In this document: piece after piece, positions 25,183 to 32,554 of the stretch | How the letters are laid out: each line of letters starts with the position of its first letter | Numbering within the stretch: position 1 is the stretch's first letter | Origin: an uncultured Pseudomonadota bacterium | GTDB taxonomy: Bacteria; Babelota; Babeliae; Babelales; UBA12409 | Assembly: GCA_964432975.1 (NCBI GenBank) | Contig: CAYSPS010000002.1 | Location: 9,142 to 41,695 of the forward strand | Length of the DNA: 32,554 nt | Reading direction: 5' to 3' | Program-made: the position numbers and the translations under genes | Notes under the pieces: model-generated | The model's database searches: none | What the model was told of the DNA's origin: nothing | Seen by the model: the letters and a program-made list of their open reading frames with translations, nothing else

Positions 25183-26196
25183 TCAGCTTTTTTGGCAACT
25201 CAACAACGTACGCTTGCGCGGTTTTCGTCCAAGATATTTTTCTGCTTCAACAGCAGCAATACATCCGGAAGCAGCACACACAATCGCTTGACTACAGGCG
25301 ACAGTTGCTGCATTTCCAGCCGCAAAAACTGCTTCGCGATTCGTGTGACCAAGCGCATCAATTTTAATTTTTCCCTCACCATCCAATTCAAGTTGATTCT
25401 TAAAAAGATATGTAGCAGGTTCATATCCGATAGATACAAAAACGCCCCTTACATCAATTTTTTGCTCTGGTGCATTGGCACACTGCGCGTAAATAGCGGT
25501 TACTTTACTTTCATCTCCTACAATGCGCATAACTTTACACGAATGCCGAATTTCAACATTCGGCAACCTTTCAATGCGTTTAATTTGTTCTTTGGGAGCT
25601 GTTAATGATGCTTTATCATTGAGCACGATAATTTTGCGGGCATATTTGCTTAAAAATAAGGTATTGTGCATTGCCATCATGCCGCCACCAACAACTGCAA
25701 CGGTTTGTCCATTATAAAGTGGTGCATCACACAATGCGCAATTACATACGCCCTTACCCCAATACTCTTTTTCGCCTGGGCAATCGATCTTTTTGGCGGT
25801 CATACCAGAAGCAACAATCAATGCAGTTGCAGTAAGCTTGTCTCCGCCTGAAGTCGTCAGGACAAATGGCCGACGCTTTAAATCAATCGCAACAATTTCA
25901 TCCTGCAAAAACTGCGCCCCAACTGCCCGTGCATGGTCAATCATCGGTTGAACAAGATCAACCCCTGCTATCTTTTCATGACCAGGCCAATTTTCTATAC
26001 TCGGAACGGTCACCAAAACACCCGGCGTTAATGCAACGACCAATGGTTTTAGCTTCGCCCGTCCCGCATAAATTGCAGCGGTCAGGCCTGCAGGTCCTGA
26101 CCCGATAATGATAAGTTGGTGGTGTTGTGTGGCGCCAGCAAATATACACGTTGCTGACGCTATGGCGAACCACCCCCCTGACATTAAATTTTTCAT
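25183..26196 (-). CDS. trxB: Thioredoxin-reductase-like FAD-dependent disulfide oxidoreductase with an N-terminal hydrophobic leader
   Basis: The FAD motif is IIIGSGPAGLTAAIYA and the redox CxxC is CALCDAPLY. The second Rossmann motif is VAVVGGGMMA, and the C-terminal motif is FAAGNA...GCIAAVEAEKYL. ATG at 26196 is preceded by GGAGAAGAG. About 22 extra N-terminal residues are present (MKNLMSGGWFAIASATCIFAGA). VLNDKASLTA replaces the canonical HRRDxFRA NADPH motif. Confidence 0.8.
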   Translation of the reverse strand: MKNLMSGGWFAIASATCIFAGATQHHQLIIIGSGPAGLTAAIYAGRAKLKPLVVALTPGVLVTVPSIENWPGHEKIAGVDLVQPMIDHARAVGAQFLQDEIVAIDLKRRPFVLTTSGGDKLTATALIVASGMTAKKIDCPGEKEYWGKGVCNCALCDAPLYNGQTVAVVGGGMMAMHNTLFLSKYARKIIVLNDKASLTAPKEQIKRIERLPNVEIRHSCKVMRIVGDESKVTAIYAQCANAPEQKIDVRGVFVSIGYEPATYLFKNQLELDGEGKIKIDALGHTNREAVFAAGNAATVACSQAIVCAASGCIAAVEAEKYLGRKPRKRTLLSCQKS

Positions 26197-26315
26197 CACT
26201 CTTCTCCATACTCTTTGCTTTTCAGCATACAATCGGCTTTTTCTATTTTTCAATATTTTTTTATACAAAAAATGTTTGGTGTGCAAAAAGACGCAGGCAC
26301 GCATCAAGGCACAGG

Positions 26316-26984
26316 TTATTTAAAAAGACTTTGCGCAAACTGAGCATCCAGTATGGATAATTCACGAAAAAAATCATTCTTTAACTCATCAGTAGATGCA
26401 AAACACACAAGAACACTTTGCGCAACGGTAACCATAAATGTATGGTCTTCATAATGCACATGCATCAATGCAAGCAGCAATGTCTGATATAAACGTCCGC
26501 AATCAATTTTTGAAACAAACATGCTTACATCCGCAATTGCTTGGCGGATGCTATCGATCTTTTGCGCCACAACAAAAAGCTCAATTAATTGTTGAATGCC
26601 AACAAATGTACGTACCGGATGCCCTAACTCTTGGTATAACACAACTAATCGCGCCAAAAACTCTGGCCGCTCCAAATACAACCGCGCAAGCCGTTCATAG
26701 ATAGCAACCGCCTGTGCAATATTGCGTTCAGCACAATAAAGTTGCGCAGCCGCTTTATAGCTATCAATCGCAGCGGGATCATTGAAAAAAAATAATAAAT
26801 CTGCCTCAAGATGTTGCGCATATGCTCTTTGATCAACCGTGTGCATAAGCAATTTGTAAATGGTAAGCGCACGCTCCTTTTCGCCGCGATTAATAAATTC
26901 GGCAAGCTTGAACCACGCAACCTGACACTTCTCCCTTAATACCGGCTCCATCGTCTTTGGTTCCTTTGACAACAGGCTATCCAT
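26316..26984 (-). CDS. Hypothetical alpha-helical repeat (TPR-like) protein
   Basis: The 222-aa ORF has repeated A/L/Y-rich helical pairs (AAAQLYCAERNIAQAVAIYERLARLYLERPEF...). The start is ambiguous: ATG 26984 abuts a hairpin and has no obvious SD, while ATG 26951 has AAGGAA upstream. Confidence 0.55.
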   Translation of the reverse strand: MDSLLSKEPKTMEPVLREKCQVAWFKLAEFINRGEKERALTIYKLLMHTVDQRAYAQHLEADLLFFFNDPAAIDSYKAAAQLYCAERNIAQAVAIYERLARLYLERPEFLARLVVLYQELGHPVRTFVGIQQLIELFVVAQKIDSIRQAIADVSMFVSKIDCGRLYQTLLLALMHVHYEDHTFMVTVAQSVLVCFASTDELKNDFFRELSILDAQFAQSLFK

Positions 26985-27085
26985 TTACATCAAAAAGGCT
27001 TCACGTTTTTGATGTACGCCTTAAGCGTCGTCAATTACCATAATACAACTATTACAAGAATCAACGAAAAATGAAGACAAATAGA

Positions 27086-27160
27086 TGGTGCCGAGGGAGA
27101 GAATTGAACTCCCGACACGAAGCTCTTCAGGCTTCTGCTCTACCACTGAGCTACCTCGGC
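27086..27160 (-). tRNA. tRNA-Phe (anticodon GAA), CCA encoded
   Basis: The reverse complement folds as GCCGAGG-TA-GCTC-AGTGGTA-GAGC-A-GAAGC-CTGAAGA-GCTTC-GTGTC-GGGAG-TTCAATT-CTCTC-CCTCGGC-A-CCA. The T stem has one G-U pair. Confidence 0.9.
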
Positions 27161-27224
27161 ACAAAGAATAGAAAAATATATCTTTAGACTAAAGACCAGC
27201 ACAGTTTTGTCAACTGTAAATACC

Positions 27225-27273
27225 AAGATCCCATATGCACGAAGAAACTTTTTAAATGTGCATATGGGATCTT
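27225..27273 (-). terminator. Strong hairpin (16-bp perfect stem, 17-nt loop), a putative terminator downstream of the paralogue pair
   Basis: The arms are AAGATCCCATATGCAC and GTGCATATGGGATCTT. On the minus strand the hairpin is followed by GGTATTTAC, a weak U tract. Confidence 0.5.
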
Positions 27274-27342
27274 GTTTGTGGAGGTAAATATATAAAAAAT
27301 CTTAATCAAATTAATTTAAAATGTTAATTTGATTATAATCTA

Positions 27343-27371
27343 ATAATATATTATTATTTTCAATTTGTCAA
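27343..27371 (-). promoter_or_regulatory. Near-consensus sigma70-type promoter on the minus strand (TTGACA-17-TATTAT) with no CDS downstream
   Basis: The minus strand reads TTGACA (complement of 27366-27371), a 17-nt spacer aattgaaaataataata and TATTAT (complement of 27343-27348). It fires toward the stem-loops at 27303-27335 and 27225-27273, and then toward tRNA-Phe. Confidence 0.45.
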
Positions 27372-27398
27372 TATTATTTCAAACTTTTATCTTCTCTT

Positions 27399-27730
27399 TT
27401 ATACCATAGCTCGCCAATTTGGCGCTAAAACCCCAAAAGAACATTTTATTCGACCACCAATACATGAATGATGCGCCCTTCCACTCAAAAGACAAATATT
27501 ACCTACACCAACCCAAACAATAAAGCACTCCAGGATTTTTTGGAGACTTTTTTGAGCCACAAAATCTTGCTCATAACACATCCAAAAGCAGCTTCTGACC
27601 CGGTTATAAGCACACCAGCACAGACAGCCTTTTCATAACTTCCGGCCCAATCTGTTTTATTCCTCGCTGCATCCATGGCTTGCATGGTAAAAACACTTAA
27701 AAAGCAGCAAAAATAAATTATTTTGAACAT
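27399..27730 (-). pseudogene. Frameshifted tandem paralogue of the 126-aa exported Cys-rich membrane protein
   Basis: The N-part MFKIIYFCCFLSVFTMQAMDAARNKTDWAGSYEKAVCAG...AAFGCV (ORF 27503-27730) aligns to the neighbour's N-half. The C-part YEQDFVAQKSL...GRAHHSCIGGRIKCSF (ORF 27399-27581, other frame) aligns to the neighbour's YQYDFAHFSS...VADHSCIWGRIRRFW. A single-base deletion near 27576 explains the break. Confidence 0.6.
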
Positions 27731-27741
27731 AATTTTACAAA

Positions 27742-28122
27742 CTAATCTTTTTTCTTGTCATTATTATCCATGTGCTGCGCTGCTAGTGCAGAAGCTCCTT
27801 GGCGTGTCGCCCAAAACCGACGTATTCTACCCCAAATGCATGAATGATCTGCTACTTGCAACTGGCGACATGCACAAAAACCACACAGAGTAAGCACCAC
27901 TTGAGCATCCCCATAAAGAAACCGTGCCATACGGCTTGAGAAATGGGCAAAATCATATTGATAATTACCATAAAATAAAGCTCCGCCAGCTCCTGCTACA
28001 CTCGCGCAACAGCATATAGCCTGTTCACAACTTCCGTTCCAATCTGTTTCATTTCTAACTTCGTCCATCGCCTGAGCAACAAAAATGCTTAAAAGCCCTA
28101 AAAAAAATATTTTTTTAATCAT
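27742..28122 (-). CDS. Exported/membrane Cys-rich protein of unknown function (126 aa)
   Basis: The signal peptide is MIKKIFFLGLLSIFVAQA. The mature part is MDEVRNETDWNGSCEQAICCCASVAGAGGALFYGNY... It has two further hydrophobic segments and the charged tail DNNDKKKD. A paralogue lies immediately downstream. Confidence 0.7.
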   Translation of the reverse strand: MIKKIFFLGLLSIFVAQAMDEVRNETDWNGSCEQAICCCASVAGAGGALFYGNYQYDFAHFSSRMARFLYGDAQVVLTLCGFCACRQLQVADHSCIWGRIRRFWATRQGASALAAQHMDNNDKKKD

Positions 28123-28309
28123 AATTCCTCAAAAATTGATTTACGCTTGCAACAAAGCGTAACAAATTTAATGCGCAAGACAACAACTCATGCATAAGCA
28201 TTTTTTACACAACTGATGCTGGTGAATTTTACAAAATTTTGTATCCTATGAGAGCAAGATTTTGAGACAGACTATCAAATAGAGACCTTTCGTCCGGGAG
28301 TTTTCGTAC

Positions 28310-30805
28310 ATGCCAAAAAAGGTTATGCCCCTTGCAAGACACACACTGTGCCTATGCGCCGCACTTTTTTTTATGTTCAACGTATACGCGCAGCAGGCAA
28401 CAACAACACAAGCAAATATATCAGCGCAACAACGCCTTAGTTCGCGCATCATCCACAATATTACTGTTGTCCGACACCACCCGAATCAATTTATTACAGA
28501 CGAAGCAATCAAAAACGCAATAGGTTACATCGAAGGCACGCCATTTAACCCGGCAAAAAGCAACGCGGTCATTAAAAAACTTTTTCGCCTCGGCTTTTTT
28601 GAAAATATTAAAATAAAAGCAAAACTTGTTAACAATGACCAAATCGATCTTTTTATCATTTTGGATGAGCTGCCACAAGTTGTTGATATTTTAATGAGCG
28701 GCAATAAAAGCCTAAGTGATGTTAAAATTGAAAACGAACTTAAATTGGGCGAGTTACGCGCCGTCGATCAACGTATTTTACAAGACATTGTGCGCAAACT
28801 GCGCAAATTGTATATCGAAAAAGATTTTCACTTTGTCGACATTCAAAGTGACTTACAAATCGCTGATGGCAATAAAGCCACGATCATCATTACTATTCAT
28901 GAAAATGTGAGGTCTCTTGTCAAACGCGTACGTTTTAAAGGTAACGATCACGTACGCAGCAAAGACCTTGCTAAAGCGATTTTTACGCGTGAAGACTGGT
29001 TGCTGAGTTTTGCAACAAAAGCCGGCAGCTATCAGCCTGACAAACTTGAAAAGGATAAACGGTATCTTGAGAATTACTACAAAACACTCGGTTACATGAA
29101 TGCACGCGTTACTGATGTGCAAATTGATCTTGATCCGCAAACAAAACATTATGCAATCACCTTCGTTATCCATGAAGGCGATATGTATCTTGTTAAAGAC
29201 GTACACTGTCAGGCAATTGAACACATCAGCGAACACGATTTCGTCAAACACCTGCCTATAAAACCAGGAACGCCTTTTTCCATTAAAGATGTCATGGACA
29301 GCATGGATGTCCTCAAGAAAATTGTCGGTGAATTTGGCTATCTATTTGCCGACATTCAGCCATCAATTGTCCCTGATGAAACAAATAAAACAGTCGATGT
29401 TTCATTTGAAATAGAAACAGGAAGCAAAGTTTTCCTCAGCCGACTTACGATTAAGGGCAATAAAAAAACTCGTGACCATATCATTCGTCGTAAGGTTCAT
29501 ATTCCTGAAGGCGCAATGATCACACAACAAGCACTTGACTTATCAAAACAACGCGTAGAAGCACTTTCATTTTGGGACAAAGAAAATGGGGTGCAATGGA
29601 AAATTAATCGTATTAACGATCAAAAAGCAGATCTTGATTTGATTGTTAAAGAAGCAAAGACGGGCAAAATCATCGGACAAATTGGCTTTGGTGGCAATCA
29701 GATGAACATGCAGTCGGCTTCGCAAGGATTTAACTGGGGCGTTAATATTTACGACGTCAACCTTTTTGGCCGCGGCATTCAATTCAATACATCGGCTAAT
29801 TGGTCGCCTCAAGAATGGTCGGCTGTCGTTGATGTGACCGAACCCTATCTACTCGATCGCCCATTGGCGGTTGGTTATAATTTTCACGTAGACAAAGCGT
29901 ATCGCTCAGAAGAACTCTATAATCTCAAAAATCTTACTGAACGATACATGGGATCATCGATTCATGCAGGATATTTATGCTCACGCTGGTCTATCGACAC
30001 CATCTTTCGCGGCATTGTCGGTTTTGAAGGAATTCACCTTAATCATCCACCAGAACTTGCGCCAGGAACCGAAAGTCAGCCCGGCGCGCTTACTTATTAC
30101 AAAGTTGTTCGACAAACATTCAAAAGCGGTACGATGTGCTTTATTGGGTTGGAAGCCGGTCAAGATATACGCAACCATATCGTACACCCATCAGCAGGTT
30201 ATCAATGGTCGTTTGCTTCGCGCATAGGGCTTCCGTCACTTAATTTTGGTTTTTGCAAACTTGATTTTGATTACAGTTGGTACACATCTCTCATCGATGA
30301 GTACTCACTTATCCTGTGCTTCCATACACATTTGGGCTATATTCGCGCATTGCAGAATAAAACAATCCCGTTTAAAGAACTCTATAACATCGGCGGTCCA
30401 GCAACGGTACGCGGATTTGAATGGGGAGAAATTAGCCCCTCTGTTAACCTCAACCCATGGAGATTGCCAGATGAAATTTGCGGCCGAATGGCAGAACCAA
30501 TTGGTGGACGCAAAGCCCTGGTTGTCAACGTAGAACTTACATTCCCAATTACACGCGATCATACAAAAACCGGGGCACTCTTTTATGATGGCGGTTCTGG
30601 CTGGTGCCCGCAAAATCTCAATATTACGCCTACAGAACGAGCATGTTATCTACAAAATGCTTGTTTTGACTATCGACAAGCAATCGGTATCGGTTTTCGC
30701 ATGACAGAACCACAACCAATTCGTATCGATTGGGGCTTTAAACTTGATCGCCGTCCTGGTGAAAGCGCATCAGAAGTACACTTCACGACATTTAGGGAGT
30801 TTTAA
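28310..30805 (+). CDS. bamA: Outer membrane protein assembly factor BamA (Omp85 family)
   Basis: The 831-aa product has a signal peptide ending VYAQQ. A POTRA-repeat region (repeated V-x-V-x-G-N...I segments such as ITVVRHHPN, LMSGNKS, VRFKGND, LTIKGNK) precedes a C-terminal beta-barrel. The barrel ends in an aromatic beta-signal (VHFTTFREF). Confidence 0.95.
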   Translation: MPKKVMPLARHTLCLCAALFFMFNVYAQQATTTQANISAQQRLSSRIIHNITVVRHHPNQFITDEAIKNAIGYIEGTPFNPAKSNAVIKKLFRLGFFENIKIKAKLVNNDQIDLFIILDELPQVVDILMSGNKSLSDVKIENELKLGELRAVDQRILQDIVRKLRKLYIEKDFHFVDIQSDLQIADGNKATIIITIHENVRSLVKRVRFKGNDHVRSKDLAKAIFTREDWLLSFATKAGSYQPDKLEKDKRYLENYYKTLGYMNARVTDVQIDLDPQTKHYAITFVIHEGDMYLVKDVHCQAIEHISEHDFVKHLPIKPGTPFSIKDVMDSMDVLKKIVGEFGYLFADIQPSIVPDETNKTVDVSFEIETGSKVFLSRLTIKGNKKTRDHIIRRKVHIPEGAMITQQALDLSKQRVEALSFWDKENGVQWKINRINDQKADLDLIVKEAKTGKIIGQIGFGGNQMNMQSASQGFNWGVNIYDVNLFGRGIQFNTSANWSPQEWSAVVDVTEPYLLDRPLAVGYNFHVDKAYRSEELYNLKNLTERYMGSSIHAGYLCSRWSIDTIFRGIVGFEGIHLNHPPELAPGTESQPGALTYYKVVRQTFKSGTMCFIGLEAGQDIRNHIVHPSAGYQWSFASRIGLPSLNFGFCKLDFDYSWYTSLIDEYSLILCFHTHLGYIRALQNKTIPFKELYNIGGPATVRGFEWGEISPSVNLNPWRLPDEICGRMAEPIGGRKALVVNVELTFPITRDHTKTGALFYDGGSGWCPQNLNITPTERACYLQNACFDYRQAIGIGFRMTEPQPIRIDWGFKLDRRPGESASEVHFTTFREF

Positions 30806-30879
30806 GACAATCTCTTTTTTTCTTGTGCGCACTCGTTTAGGCTAACACCAGAAGCTAAGTTGAGTAGTGGGTGCACGAT

Positions 30880-31164
30880 ATGCGACATGCATATATTATT
30901 ACTGGTATCATTTTGGGTCATCTAGTATTTGTTTTTGTCACGATTTATCAACAAACATGGGTCACGCAACTCATGTACGAACAACAGGCGCTTGAAGCGC
31001 AAAAAACAAAGCTTATGGCACAACAAGCGACCTCCGAACAAGAACTGTACAATCTCCGCAATACACGTGCAATCACACACTACGCAACGCACACACGTGC
31101 CCTGCAGCCAATCAGCTTACGGCATGTTTATCAGTTAGACGCGATAATGGATTTTACTATATGA
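30880..31164 (+). CDS. ftsL: FtsL-like cell division protein
   Basis: This small bitopic protein has a TM helix (YIITGIILGHLVFVFVTIY) followed by a Q/E/L-rich coiled coil. Its stop overlaps the ftsI ATG in an ATGA overlap. ATG at 30880 is preferred to GTG at 30871. The call rests on topology and synteny. Confidence 0.6.
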   Translation: MRHAYIITGIILGHLVFVFVTIYQQTWVTQLMYEQQALEAQKTKLMAQQATSEQELYNLRNTRAITHYATHTRALQPISLRHVYQLDAIMDFTI

Positions 31165-32554
31165 ATCGTGATAAAAAATTACGATCCACTATACTTTTTT
31201 TTGCTTTTTGCAGCATGTACGCAATTATCATGTGCAATCTTTTTTATCTCCAAATCATCCGTTCATCATTTTTACGCGAATTGGGCAAACAACAATATCA
31301 TGTCTCCATTTTTAGCCATCCACCACGTGCATTGATTTATGATTGTAATCAAAAACCAATTGCTATCAACACCGAATGCTTGGCTGCGTTCTTTTTGCCC
31401 AAACAATTAGATCATCCAGAAAAATTGCGCATATTTTTGCAAAAAAATTATCCGCGTATATTAGAGCGCTGGCAAAACAACAAAAATCGCCATTTTTTTT
31501 ATATCAAGCGACGCGTATCACATCAAGAAATGCTGAGCATGCAACAAGAAGCTCCTGATATTAAATTCTTGGCAGAACCGTGCAGATTTTACCCGTGCCC
31601 TGCCATGAACACACTTGTTGGCATCACCGATATAGATAACCACGGCCTGTCGGGCATTGAATATTTGTGTGACACGCAACTGTGTGGCAAAGCATCTTTG
31701 TATACGCTTGAACGTGATGCACGCTCTGGGCATTTTTATTTTAATAAAACAATCGCGACAAAAGGGCAGCCTGGTACGCCAGTGCACGTAACCATAGATA
31801 GTGACGTACAACGGCTTGCATATCATGAATTATTGTATTTCTTAGAAAAATTTAACGCCGCTGAAGGAGGCATTGTCATCCTTGATCCAACAACCGGTAA
31901 TTTAATCTCATGTGTTTGCGTGCCAGATTTTGATGCAAACAACTTGCATGATATTAACCAAGAACACACAAAAAATTTACCATTTACCCAAGCTTATGAA
32001 ATCGGCTCAATTATTAAAGTTTTTGCCGGCATGGCCGCGCTTGAAGAAGGACTGGTCACACCTGAGGAGCTTATTGACTGTGAAAACAAAACAACGACAT
32101 CTATTGCTGGTATGAGCGTTAATACCGTTTCAGCACTTGGCATTGTACCATTTTCAGAAGTTATTCAAAAAACAAATAATATTGGTATTGCCAAAGTAGC
32201 CATGCGCGTGGGCACTAAACTGTATGATCACTACCAACGCTTGGGCTTTACGCGCAAAACTGCCATCGGGTTTCCTGGCGAACAGGCAGGATTTATCACC
32301 CCACCCACACAATGGTCAAAACGCTCAATTATTTCACTATCATTTGGTTATGAAATACAAACAACGATGGTACAGCTTGCACAAGCCTTTGGATTATTGG
32401 CAAATAATGGTATTCCCGTCACACTCCATTTGTTAAAAAACGACAAAAATCTCGCTCCTCAAAAACCAATTTACTGTGCACAAACAATCACACAAATGCG
32501 TGAAATTCTTACCAAAACTGTTGAAGCTGGCACGGCACATCGTGCACATATCAG
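31161..32554 (+). CDS. ftsI: Class B penicillin-binding protein / peptidoglycan D,D-transpeptidase FtsI (C-terminus beyond the window end)
   Basis: It is not in the ORF track because it has no stop within the window. Hand translation gives MNRDKKLRSTILFFAFCSMYAIIMCNLFYLQIIRSS... with a TM anchor and the dimerisation-domain pattern GGIVILDPTTGNLISCVCVPDFDANN. The active-site SxxK is GSIIKVF. The frame is open to position 32554. Confidence 0.9.
   Translation, partial: MNRDKKLRSTILFFAFCSMYAIIMCNLFYLQIIRSSFLRELGKQQYHVSIFSHPPRALIYDCNQKPIAINTECLAAFFLPKQLDHPEKLRIFLQKNYPRILERWQNNKNRHFFYIKRRVSHQEMLSMQQEAPDIKFLAEPCRFYPCPAMNTLVGITDIDNHGLSGIEYLCDTQLCGKASLYTLERDARSGHFYFNKTIATKGQPGTPVHVTIDSDVQRLAYHELLYFLEKFNAAEGGIVILDPTTGNLISCVCVPDFDANNLHDINQEHTKNLPFTQAYEIGSIIKVFAGMAALEEGLVTPEELIDCENKTTTSIAGMSVNTVSALGIVPFSEVIQKTNNIGIAKVAMRVGTKLYDHYQRLGFTRKTAIGFPGEQAGFITPPTQWSKRSIISLSFGYEIQTTMVQLAQAFGLLANNGIPVTLHLLKNDKNLAPQKPIYCAQTITQMREILTKTVEAGTAHRAHI

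Noticed and set aside
25192-25605. A 137-aa plus-strand ORF and other ORFs of 60-140 aa lie antisense within trxB, mutL, pheT, bamA and other genes.
   Set aside because: They are shadow ORFs fully embedded in strongly supported genes on the other strand. They have no RBS and no plausible protein features.
27274-27398. The AT-rich spacers (here and at 13620-13760) were considered as a replication origin, since rpmH, rnpA, yidD, jag and mnmE are usually origin-proximal.
   Set aside because: There is no dnaA or dnaN in the window and no cluster of DnaA boxes. I found only isolated 8/9 matches to TTATCCACA, and all are inside coding regions (for example 15791-15799, 1172-1180 and 9011-9019).

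Overview
This is a gene-dense, moderately AT-rich chromosomal segment from a diderm bacterium, shown by BamA, a Pal/OmpA-like lipoprotein, LspA and a T2SS-F/PilC-like protein. The many lineage-specific exported orphans and tight gene packing suggest a reduced, possibly host-associated lineage, but that is speculation. All calls come from reading the sequence and the ORF translations by eye; no database search was run. Core genes, left to right, are: ftsA (partial) and an ftsQ-like gene (-), mutL (+), a translationally coupled pheT-lspA-pgpA-comF operon (+), two tRNA-Gly, a truncated jag and mnmE (+), a pal-like gene (-), rng (+), yggU plus a pilC-like gene (-), PIN-PhoH (+), rpmH-rnpA-yidD (-), a trxB-like gene (-), tRNA-Phe (-), bamA (+) and ftsL-ftsI (partial, +). 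I found no rRNA, CRISPR array, transposase or integrase. The non-core content falls into five groups. (1) A 5.7-kb tRNA-bounded accessory islet (about 9.8-15.4 kb) holds an intact COG1373-type AAA+ ATPase, tRNA-Arg, a heavily decayed paralogue, an exported orphan, a HEPN/MNT toxin-antitoxin pair with a frameshifted toxin, and an exported single-HKD PLD enzyme. (2) Both ATPase copies are preceded by helically phased TGTCA/TGACA palindrome arrays that overlap promoter-like hexamers. (3) There are several small cysteine-rich exported proteins, including a 51-aa ORF below the ORF-track cutoff and a tandem paralogue pair with one frameshifted copy. (4) The TrxR-like flavoprotein has an N-terminal hydrophobic leader and lacks the NADPH HRR motif. 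(5) A near-consensus promoter has no CDS downstream before a strong hairpin, so it is a candidate sRNA or tRNA-Phe leader. Nothing here is proven novel. The islet ATPase with its operator and the cysteine-rich exported peptides are the best leads.
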